From positions 1 through 64,000 of the forward strand of contig JBHLOY010000008.1 in the NCBI GenBank assembly GCA_048939995.1: DNA of 64,000 bases, in the 5' to 3' direction. Below are positions 1-8,674 of this stretch, piece by piece (within the stretch, counting starts at the first letter, position 1; the number at the start of each line of letters is the position of its first letter). The notes beneath the pieces were generated by a model. That model was not told the origin of the DNA. It saw only the letters and a list, made by a program, of their open reading frames with translations, and made no database searches. Position numbers and translations under genes: made by a program. This stretch comes from Promethearchaeota archaeon. GTDB taxonomy: Archaea > Asgardarchaeota > Lokiarchaeia > Sigyniarchaeales > SOKP01.

Positions 1-609
1 GATATAAATACTAATCCTGAAAAAGCTGATACTGATGGGGATGGGTTAAGTGATGGAGACGAAGTGAATACACATGGCACTGATCCTCTTAACCCTGATA
101 CCGACGGGGATGGGTTAAGTGATGGAGACGAAGTGAATACACATGGCACTGATCCTATTAACTCTGATACCGATGGGGATGGATTAACTGATGGAGACGA
201 AGTGAATACACATGGCACTGATCCCCTTAACCCTGATACTGATGGGGATGGATTAACTGATGGAGACGAGGTGAATACACATGGCACTGATCCTCTTAAC
301 TCTGATACTGATGGGGATGGATTAACTGATGGAGACGAAGTGAATACACAAAACACTGATCCTCTTAACCCTGATACCGATGGGGATGGATTAACTGATG
401 GAGACGAAGTGAATACACATGGCACTGATCCTCTTAACCCTGATACTGATGGGGATGGATTAACTGATGGAGACGAAGTGAATACATCTGGCACTGATCC
501 TCTTAACTTTGATACTGATTGTGATGGATTAAGCGATGGGGATGAGATCAATGTATATGGAACTGATCCACTCAATCCTGACACCGATGAGAAGGAGCAA
601 GATGATTGA
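1..609 (+). CDS. C-terminal part of a protein with thrombospondin type-3-like Ca2+-binding repeats (starts upstream of the window)
   Basis: Frame +1 is open from base 1 (DINTNPEKADTDGDGLSDGDEV...), with about 8 copies of the 23-aa unit DTDGDGLTDGDEVNTHGTDPLNP. Stop at 607-609. Confidence 0.85.
   Translation, partial: DINTNPEKADTDGDGLSDGDEVNTHGTDPLNPDTDGDGLSDGDEVNTHGTDPINSDTDGDGLTDGDEVNTHGTDPLNPDTDGDGLTDGDEVNTHGTDPLNSDTDGDGLTDGDEVNTQNTDPLNPDTDGDGLTDGDEVNTHGTDPLNPDTDGDGLTDGDEVNTSGTDPLNFDTDCDGLSDGDEINVYGTDPLNPDTDEKEQDD
28..588 (+). repeat. 69-bp coding tandem repeat, about 8 copies
   Basis: Near-identical units gatactgatggggatggattaactgatggagacgaagtgaatacacatggcactgatcctcttaaccct. Confidence 0.9.
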
Positions 610-676
610 AGATTTCCATGGTAAAATTAAAATTATTTAAAATTTTTTTTTTTTTTTAAAATAAGAGATTTGTTAA

Positions 677-3600
677 TTAAGAAAATAAATACAATTTTTT
701 TTGCTTGAGAATCTTTCTTAATTCTTCTGTGTGATGATAAATAATTTTATTCGAATTGAAATTCTTAGAAAAATCGAAGATCTTAAAAAGATCACTTCTT
801 TTTTTACTATTTAATCCTAGAAAATCAGCAAACAAGGCATTGCTTACGCATCTTATGTTATCCCCATGTTCAATATTTATCTCTTGAATAAGAGAATTGA
901 TAAGTTCTAATTCGAATTTTGAAACATTTTCAATATAAACAATAAGAAGTAAAATTTCAGGGTGATAATATTTATTACAATAGTCGGCTATAGTATCTTG
1001 AGAAATATCGTCAGTATATATAAATTGAAACGCTTTAAAATTTGTTAATGTTTGTAGATTCATACTTAATTTTTGGTTTAACTTATCCTTCTTAAGATTA
1101 ACTAATATACCACGTAAAAAAAGAACATCATTTAAAATTAAGCCATTTATTTCATTTTGATTTCCCGGATAGATTTCTGGATTAGAATAATATTTGATTC
1201 CAGAGATATCAAAATATAAAGTTAAAAAGGCATTGATGTTAGTTTTAATGAAAGAAATTTTTCTTTCTTGGATTTGAAAAGTTTTAAATCTCTTATTTGC
1301 ATAATATTTTGCCTTTTCTGCCTCAGAAATTATACCATGTTTAAATAAATCATTTGAAATATCCTCACACTGCTTATAAAGCATGGAAGCTTTCTTATAA
1401 TTTCCAGCTTTAACAGAAGTATTTGCATCTTTTTCTAAATTTAATCTATCAGTTCTCAAGTTTTTTATAATAATATTATAGTCTTTCACCTCAAATTTTT
1501 TATTCAGAGGTTTTATATTCTTTCCCATCTTAACTTTTCTAACTATTGCATATCCAGATATCCCAATTAAAGAAGTCGCTATTATAATGAGAAAAAAAGG
1601 CATCATATTGCTTGTGTCAATTACTTTTGGGATTTCTCCTTTAGGTAAGGTTATAAAAAATTCTCCAGTTGCTGGAAGACTTTGATGTCCTACACCGTCA
1701 ATCTGATAAAGGAAAAAGTAATAAGTTCCCGGCAAAAATGATTCTTCTAATTCGAGATAACTGCTTTCAGAGCCAGTATTACTAATATTGACTTCAAAAA
1801 GCACACCAAGAGTAAAAAATGGATCAGATTCATTATCGATAATTAATCGATAAAAATCAATTCCACTTGGATCATTACCATCCTCCCAGTTAAAAATAAT
1901 TTTGCCACTTATTTCTCCAAGTGGAAAGTCTATTAATTTGGGAATGGTTGGGGATTTTGTATCATTAACTTCGATAGAACTCTTAACCATACCCCAATTC
2001 TCGAAATTATCTCCCATATATATTATATAATCGTAAATGCCAATATTCAATGGAGTAAAATCTTCAAATTTCCATACATCTCCTCCAAGGTAAGCCATTG
2101 GATGGAGAATTTTGTCAATTTCGATTAAAACTTTATTGACTCCAGAGAGATCAGTCACTTTAATTAAAATTGATTTAGAATCACCTAATTCTAGGGGACC
2201 GGTATTATTTGTCAGGAGTTTACCAATTGGAGGAGTGCTATCTATCACTTGAATATAATTACTAATTGAACTCATATGATTATAAAAATCTTCCATATAT
2301 ATTGTATATGGATAATTTCCTACACTTTTGGGAATCCATGAGTCATAATGCCATTTTTCTTCACCGATTTTCATCATTGTATGGTTAGATCCTTCAAATT
2401 CAATCAAAACTTGACTAACTCCAGAAAGATCAGTAATCTCAATCGATATTACTTCTACTTTTCCTAGTTCTAAAGGATCTGCACTTTCAATCAATTTTGA
2501 ATAGGCTGGCGGTTCAGTATCTTCCTTAACTTCAATTGAATCACTTACAGAATTCCAATTATTATTATTATCTTCCATATAAATTGTGTAGGGATAATTG
2601 CCTGTATTTGAAGGAGTCCAAGAATCGTATTGCCATGTTTCTTCATAAATATTTGTCATAGAATGATTAAGTCCCTCAAACTCAATTAAAACTTGATTTA
2701 TTCCAGAGTGATCAGTAATCTCAATTCTTATTATTTCCGTATTACCAAGTAGTAATGGATCTGCACTTTCAACTAAATTTGAATAGACTGGTGGAGTAAT
2801 ATCCGGGCCAAAGGCATTTGTTGCATCGATTCTGCCATATCCATAATAAGAATCAAAACCAGGATCACCTAAGTCTAAAGCAGAATCATAAATTAAACTA
2901 GCGATCTGTTCAGCATTATAAGTTGGAAATGCACTTATAAGCAGTGCAGCAAAACCCGATACATGAGGAGTAGCCATTGAAGTACCAGAAGCTGAGTAAT
3001 AATAAGATCCCTTTATTTCATATGGAACAGTAGAAAAAATATCAACCCCTGGTGCCGAGACATCAATCCAATCACCATAATTTGAAAATCCTGCCTTATG
3101 ATCATCTCGATCAGTAGCACTAACAGCTACAACCCCTGGATATGCAGCAGGGTAATGTGAGGCATTAGAATTGGTGTTCCCAGCAGCAGCTATCACCATA
3201 ACACCTTGATTAATAGCGTAATTTATTCCCTCTTCTAGAGTTTGAGAGTGAGAGCCACCCCAACTACAACTAATTATGTCAGCGCCCATATCGGCAGCAT
3301 GCATTAATGCTAATCTACAGTCTATATGTGATCCAGATCCCAAATAACTGAAAGCTTTTTCAGCAAAAATCGAAACATTTGCCATCCCAGCAACTCCGAT
3401 TTTATTGTTAATAAGGGCTGCAATTGTACCAGCACAATGCGTCCCATGATAATGATCATCCATCGGGTCACTATCATCATTAACCCAATCATACCCCCAT
3501 GAAAGATAATTACCACTGAGATCGGGATGAGTATAATCAATGCCAGTGTCGACAACTGAAACAACTACTTCATTAGATCCTAATTCATAATCCCAGGCTG

Positions 3601-4189
3601 ATTCCATGCCAATATGTGGTAATGCCCATAGATCACTTTTGTAATATTCATCGTTAGGTATAAAATCAAGTTCGACATAGAAGTTAGGTTCAATATAGGA
3701 GATCCCAAAAATCGATTCTGATTCTGATATAAATTCACCCAGGTTTTCTACTGGGGTATAAATTATACTCGCATTGAAATATGGGACATCTTCATGAATT
3801 TGTACATTATATTTTGATAGAAATTCATTAACTTCTTGAGAGAATTCTAAAGTATCTCTTTTTACAATGAATTCAATTTTATTATCATTTCGAAGGTTAA
3901 CTAAAGCATCATCAGGATAGGAAATAATATTATCGATGTTAGATAAATTAGAATTATTGGCTATTAGTTCACCCCAACTAATAATTTTGGCATGCAATTC
4001 TGTCTCGACTTCTTCACTTATCCTGACTACTGGTCTTTCTGTGTTTGGTATCGAGTTTGTGTAATTTTGCGCTAAATTTGAATTTAGATAGCTCATAAAA
4101 TATAAATTAAATATAGAAATAAATAAAACAACTGCTAATATAAAACCCTCTTTTAACTCTTTTTTTCTAAATAAAATTAAAACCACCAC
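677..4189 (-). CDS. Membrane-anchored S8 (subtilisin/thermitase-like) serine protease with Ig-like repeats, a TM helix and a cytoplasmic tail
   Basis: Catalytic motifs VVDTGID, HGTHCAG, AAAGN, GTSMATPHV. N-terminal hydrophobic segment. About three ~95-aa repeats (DxTPPxYSxLxESADPLxLG...YPYTIYMED). TM helix MMPFFLIIIATSLIGISGYAIV followed by RKVK, then a ~285-aa tail. Confidence 0.9.
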   Translation of the reverse strand: MVVLILFRKKELKEGFILAVVLFISIFNLYFMSYLNSNLAQNYTNSIPNTERPVVRISEEVETELHAKIISWGELIANNSNLSNIDNIISYPDDALVNLRNDNKIEFIVKRDTLEFSQEVNEFLSKYNVQIHEDVPYFNASIIYTPVENLGEFISESESIFGISYIEPNFYVELDFIPNDEYYKSDLWALPHIGMESAWDYELGSNEVVVSVVDTGIDYTHPDLSGNYLSWGYDWVNDDSDPMDDHYHGTHCAGTIAALINNKIGVAGMANVSIFAEKAFSYLGSGSHIDCRLALMHAADMGADIISCSWGGSHSQTLEEGINYAINQGVMVIAAAGNTNSNASHYPAAYPGVVAVSATDRDDHKAGFSNYGDWIDVSAPGVDIFSTVPYEIKGSYYYSASGTSMATPHVSGFAALLISAFPTYNAEQIASLIYDSALDLGDPGFDSYYGYGRIDATNAFGPDITPPVYSNLVESADPLLLGNTEIIRIEITDHSGINQVLIEFEGLNHSMTNIYEETWQYDSWTPSNTGNYPYTIYMEDNNNNWNSVSDSIEVKEDTEPPAYSKLIESADPLELGKVEVISIEITDLSGVSQVLIEFEGSNHTMMKIGEEKWHYDSWIPKSVGNYPYTIYMEDFYNHMSSISNYIQVIDSTPPIGKLLTNNTGPLELGDSKSILIKVTDLSGVNKVLIEIDKILHPMAYLGGDVWKFEDFTPLNIGIYDYIIYMGDNFENWGMVKSSIEVNDTKSPTIPKLIDFPLGEISGKIIFNWEDGNDPSGIDFYRLIIDNESDPFFTLGVLFEVNISNTGSESSYLELEESFLPGTYYFFLYQIDGVGHQSLPATGEFFITLPKGEIPKVIDTSNMMPFFLIIIATSLIGISGYAIVRKVKMGKNIKPLNKKFEVKDYNIIIKNLRTDRLNLEKDANTSVKAGNYKKASMLYKQCEDISNDLFKHGIISEAEKAKYYANKRFKTFQIQERKISFIKTNINAFLTLYFDISGIKYYSNPEIYPGNQNEINGLILNDVLFLRGILVNLKKDKLNQKLSMNLQTLTNFKAFQFIYTDDISQDTIADYCNKYYHPEILLLIVYIENVSKFELELINSLIQEINIEHGDNIRCVSNALFADFLGLNSKKRSDLFKIFDFSKNFNSNKIIYHHTEELRKILKQKKLYLFS

Positions 4190-4894
4190 TTTTTACATTT
4201 TAGAATATCCAATTATAACTTAACTTAAATTATTTTAAGTGCTAAATTCATGTGACTGAAATGACTTTTCATCAAATTTGTCAAATATGATTCTAAAGTC
4301 GTCTATAATATATCCCAGTTTCTACAACTAAAAAAAGAGTACCCATATTTAAATGTTTACTTTGTCCAACGACAAATGGGAAATTCTAAATCCAATTTCA
4401 TAATAATATCTATTTAATGCTAGTTATTCTAATAATTAAATGAGAAGGCTAGGTATTTCACAAATTCTAAAATGGAATTCTACAGCATAAATATTGTTAT
4501 CATTTTAAAATCTTGAATGCATATTACCGAAGAGTGTTCAATTTTGTCGATTACTAACATAATTTTTAAACCTAAATAAAATAAATTTCTCTTAATTTTA
4601 TATAAATAGAATATACAAAATTACATTTTTTATGGTTTACTATATAAGACATATAAAAATTATTCATCTCTAATTCAAATAAGAAAGTTTTAATTAATCT
4701 TATATTTAAGGCTTATGAAAAAAATTCAATAGGATTTAGATACAAAACGGAGTTTTGTATATTAGAAGATCTTAGTAATATTAATGAAGAAAATATTGAT
4801 CTTTTTAAAAAAGCTGGAATGGATACAATTGATAAATTATTATCATTTAATCTTTTTATTAAAAAAATTTTAGAGCTCCAAAAGACTTAAAATC

Positions 4895-6733
4895 TCATTC
4901 TCTTGATAACCATTTATCTGTGCTTATAAAACTTTCAGTAATTAGATCTTGAAGATTTGGAAAATTTTTTAATTCTATTGTGTTAAAGTTATGCAAAAAA
5001 TCATTGAATATTTGCCATATAGAAGAAGCGTCCTTCATTTTGCCGGTAAAATAGCCTAGCTTTTGTTTAGCAAAATATGATTGCCCTTTAAATAAGTAAC
5101 AAACTAGAAAGTCCTCAATTGCATTCATAAGAATCGTGTGATGGCCAAATTTTGCTCTGTCTAATCCCTCAGAAAAAACTTCTTTACTAATTGAATCAAA
5201 TGTTGTCAGAAATCCACTAAAAAGTTCATCTGAAAAGTCCCATTCTTGAGAAAAAGCGTGAGAAAATGCTGGAATTCCACCTTCAGTTATAACCAACAGT
5301 AATAGAGGTTGTTCTTCTGTTAATTTCGGCATATCTATTATTCGTTTTTGTATTAGTCTTTTCATTTGATCTTCTATTTGTGCTAATCTTAATCTTTCCA
5401 CAATTGGTGAATTAGTTTTCTTTAAATCCTCCCATAAATCTAATTTCCTTAATAGCTCATCATGTTCAATTGAAATTTTCATTGAATATCGATTAAAGCC
5501 ATACTTTTCAGCTATTGTTTGTGCTTCAGATAAAAGTCGTCGAGCGTCTTTGGTATCAAAGATCAATAGCGCTAATCTTGCTTGTAGTAGTTTTGTCTCA
5601 GTAATTAATGGAAATGAATTATTTTGTTTTGCAATATCTAATAATCGTGAAATATAAGGCTGTATTTCTTTAAGGATTCCAAGATCATTAGTATTACCGA
5701 GATCTATAAGTAATAGATCACACAAATTAAGTAAAGCATCAACATGAGCTTCATATAAAACAATATCTTGTTCTACCGCCTTTCTTAATATTTTTTCTGC
5801 TTTAGAAAGATTACTTGCTCGAGGTTTAGCTTTTAGAAGTAATGCTTTATTTATCTTATAATCTAACTTAATAATCTCATATTCATCATGTTTCTTATCT
5901 TTGAGTTCCTTCATCTTATCCAAGTAGTTTTGTGCCAATTTTAGATCCCCTTTATCTAAAGCAACATGAAAAAGAGAATCAAGAATAATAGGGATTTTTG
6001 AGCTTTCTATTTCTTTACAAAGGATGTAACTTTGATCAATATTTTCATATGCTTCATCAAGTTTTCCTTGCATTCTGTAAATCCAGCCTAAGTTATTAAG
6101 AGCAATGATGACATTTTGGATGTCATTTATTTCTCGTGCAACTGCTAATGCTTGACTACTAGAATTGACTGCCATCTCTAAGTTACCTTTTATACCATAA
6201 TAAGTGCCAGAATTAAGTGTAAATTGCATTAATAACTTTTTATCATCTATTTGTTTAGCTAATTCTAAACCTTGCTCTAAACATTGCTTTATGAGATTTA
6301 ATTCGCCCTTTGCAAAATAAATGCCCCCTTTTATTAAAAATAGAGAAGCGCGCTTTTTCTTTATCTCTATACTAGGTTCATGAAATTGAATTTTAATAAT
6401 CTGTTCGGCTTTATTTATAGTTTTAAGAGCTTCTTCTAAATTACCAAGTCTCCAAAGTATCCATGCAATGAGATTCAAAGCCTCTATTGATTTTTCAAAA
6501 CATTTTTCTTCTTCACTTTGAAGTAGCACTGTTTCTGCTAGTCTTTGTGCTTCTTTTAAGTTTCCAAGATCCATTAATAAAGAACTCTTTAATAGATGAA
6601 TTGAGAATAATTCCTCCTTTGATTGTTCTTTATTCTTTTCCAAATCAATTACAACATCGAGGGCCTCTTGAAATTTGCCAGCACTTTTAAGTTCTTCTAC
6701 ATGCTTTAATTCCTCTAGATCTAGTTCAGGCAT
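4895..6733 (-). CDS. TPR protein with C-terminal longin-like domain (paralog 1)
   Basis: TPR motifs (ALNNLGWIYRMQGKLDEA). C-terminal LLLVITEGGIPAFSH...LFSGFLTTF...EGLDRAKFG...FLVCYLFKGQSY, shared with six paralogs. Confidence 0.8.
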   Translation of the reverse strand: MPELDLEELKHVEELKSAGKFQEALDVVIDLEKNKEQSKEELFSIHLLKSSLLMDLGNLKEAQRLAETVLLQSEEEKCFEKSIEALNLIAWILWRLGNLEEALKTINKAEQIIKIQFHEPSIEIKKKRASLFLIKGGIYFAKGELNLIKQCLEQGLELAKQIDDKKLLMQFTLNSGTYYGIKGNLEMAVNSSSQALAVAREINDIQNVIIALNNLGWIYRMQGKLDEAYENIDQSYILCKEIESSKIPIILDSLFHVALDKGDLKLAQNYLDKMKELKDKKHDEYEIIKLDYKINKALLLKAKPRASNLSKAEKILRKAVEQDIVLYEAHVDALLNLCDLLLIDLGNTNDLGILKEIQPYISRLLDIAKQNNSFPLITETKLLQARLALLIFDTKDARRLLSEAQTIAEKYGFNRYSMKISIEHDELLRKLDLWEDLKKTNSPIVERLRLAQIEDQMKRLIQKRIIDMPKLTEEQPLLLLVITEGGIPAFSHAFSQEWDFSDELFSGFLTTFDSISKEVFSEGLDRAKFGHHTILMNAIEDFLVCYLFKGQSYFAKQKLGYFTGKMKDASSIWQIFNDFLHNFNTIELKNFPNLQDLITESFISTDKWLSRE

Positions 6734-6894
6734 TAGACTCCACTCTGTTTTGTTCTTCTTAGTATGTTTTGCCTAACCTAATATCAAATAGCATTGGATA
6801 TTTTAAAATCAAAGAAAGAGAAGTATTTTTAACTTAAAAGAGTTTTTCTTCTAATCATCCGATTGGATATTAAAATAAAAATTTTAAAAAAAAA

Positions 6895-7068
6895 TTATTC
6901 TTTTTGAGTTTTTTGGTATAAATATAACCACTTTTTACCCATCATTCCATAGAAATAAGTCGAAACTTCAAAAAACCGGCTCTCTGAACCATTACTATCT
7001 AATTTGTTGCTTAGCTCATGCTTTTCCTTATTCTTTTTATTTCCATATATATCTTTCTCCTTAATCAT
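6895..7068 (-). CDS. Small hypothetical protein, 57 aa (not in ORF track)
   Basis: ATG overlaps the stop of the upstream gene by 8 nt. MIKEKDIYGNKKNKEKHELSNKLDSNGSESRFFEVSTYFYGMMGKKWLYLYQKTQKE. Confidence 0.5.
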   Translation of the reverse strand: MIKEKDIYGNKKNKEKHELSNKLDSNGSESRFFEVSTYFYGMMGKKWLYLYQKTQKE

Positions 7069-7468
7069 GAATTAATACACCTTGAAAATATTCTTCAGGT
7101 GTAAAACCAAATATTAAAGCTCCATGAAGTAATTGTAAATTTATTTGATCTGTATTCGAAAAATTGTTATTTCTAAGATCAAATTCGTTGAATTCTTTTA
7201 ATCTTTTATAAATTGAAGATTTAAGTTTTTTAAACTTACCATAGTACCCTCCATAAGCATTGAAAAGATTTAACATCAATTCAATATCTTCTTTAGAAAA
7301 TTTTCTATAGCATAATTCACAAATGACTCGATGATTGACTCCTGAATCATAAAAAGCAGCTCTATATCTGATTTCTTCATTGCAAACATCACACGTTATC
7401 AATTTATGCTCCGGTATATGATTATGAGTTACCTCTGACTCCTTTTTACTTAAAACAATTTGTTCCAC
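7061..7468 (-). CDS. Small zinc-finger protein (CxxC...CxxC)
   Basis: CDVC and CELC motifs. GTG start at 7468 is preferred because AGGTGG lies just upstream (the ORF track starts at 7498). Confidence 0.7.
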   Translation of the reverse strand: MEQIVLSKKESEVTHNHIPEHKLITCDVCNEEIRYRAAFYDSGVNHRVICELCYRKFSKEDIELMLNLFNAYGGYYGKFKKLKSSIYKRLKEFNEFDLRNNNFSNTDQINLQLLHGALIFGFTPEEYFQGVLIHD

Positions 7469-7478
7469 TATATACCAC

Positions 7479-7712
7479 CTACAGATCTTTAAGTCCAAAT
7501 TCGAATTTCTCAGGCTTTTGGTAATAATAATTCAGCGAACTTTTCCATCTCTTCATCGCTCTTTCCTTATCTATTAAATCTGAACCTGAATCATCCTTTA
7601 CAGCGGGTTTATACCTATAAACTGCTTTGGTTTCTTGCTTTATATTGTTTTTAAAAGTTTCATGCAAAAATTCTCTTATATCGGTTATTACTTTTTCTTT
7701 ACTCTCTGTCAG
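7479..7712 (-). CDS. Small hypothetical protein, probable CTG start
   Basis: The ORF-track frame extends in frame to CTG at 7712, which has GAGGTG 7 nt upstream. Confidence 0.5.
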   Translation of the reverse strand: MTESKEKVITDIREFLHETFKNNIKQETKAVYRYKPAVKDDSGSDLIDKERAMKRWKSSLNYYYQKPEKFEFGLKDL

Positions 7713-7759
7713 GATTATACACCTCTTATTTTTATTTCAAAATTAAAAAAAATTCTTGT

Positions 7760-7804
7760 GGAGAGCTCATATTGCTATATAATGTATAAGCAACTGAGCT
7801 CTCC
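7760..7804 (-). terminator. Stem-loop followed by a U-rich tract on the minus strand
   Basis: Perfect 10-bp inverted repeat ggagagctca/tgagctctcc, inner ttgct/agcaa, A-tract on + at 7745-7752. Confidence 0.55.
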
Positions 7805-8020
7805 TTGATTCACGCCCTTCTTCTCTCGTTTACAGTTATCATGTTTTCTAACTTATTTTTTTTAACTTTGTTAAGTATAATTAAATTAAAAGTATATAAT
7901 TAGGTTCATATCGAAGACTAAGATTGGACTTTTGGATCTTGAATAGATTTTTATAAAGAACTAGAAAATTAAAGTGAAAAGCTTCTTCTCTTTGAGAAGG
8001 AAGTTTATTAAAAAATTAAG

Positions 8021-8596
8021 TTATTCCAAACTACTCAAATTTTTATATTTATAATATAGCTTTTTAATAATTGCTTTAAATGCTTCTATTACTCCTTCCC
8101 CTGTTTTTGCAGAACTAATATAGTATCCGAGAAAATTATTTTCTTTGACTAAATTTTGAACTTCAAGTTCATTTAAATTATTTGGATTAACCAAATCAAC
8201 TTTGTTGGCAAAAATAACTACAGGAATGGCACCACAATACTTTTTTAATTCATCATACCAGTTAGTTATATGTGTGAAGCTATTTTTACCTAACTCATTC
8301 GGTTCAAGACTATATACTATTATTGCTGCTTTGGTTTCTTTATAAAACAGGTGATGTAAAAAATTCAAATCATCTTGACCTGCTATATCCCAAAATATTA
8401 ATCTAATCATATCTTCATTAATTTCTTCATTATATTTTGAAAACTGAGCTCCAATTGTTTTTACATAATCCCTTTCAAATGTTCCTTTCGTGAATTTCTT
8501 AATTAAGGATGTTTTACCCACAGCTCCGTCTCCTATGACTACAATTTTAAATCGAAATTCCTCGTGTTTCATTAGATTTCTAGACCTTAAAATCAA
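8021..8596 (-). CDS. Rab-like small GTPase
   Basis: G1 GDGAVGKTS, G2 TIGA, G3 WDIAGQ, G4 NKVD, G5 SAK. No C-terminal prenylation Cys. Confidence 0.92.
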   Translation of the reverse strand: MILRSRNLMKHEEFRFKIVVIGDGAVGKTSLIKKFTKGTFERDYVKTIGAQFSKYNEEINEDMIRLIFWDIAGQDDLNFLHHLFYKETKAAIIVYSLEPNELGKNSFTHITNWYDELKKYCGAIPVVIFANKVDLVNPNNLNELEVQNLVKENNFLGYYISSAKTGEGVIEAFKAIIKKLYYKYKNLSSLE

Positions 8597-8674
8597 AATA
8601 TCAGTTTTTAATGTAAGATTGGGTTTAGTTTAATATAAAACTTTGGCAAACCAAAGTAATCGAATAAAACAATT

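Noticed and set aside
28-588. Regular repeats resembling a CRISPR array
   Set aside because: The units are contiguous in-frame 69-bp coding repeats with no unique spacers.
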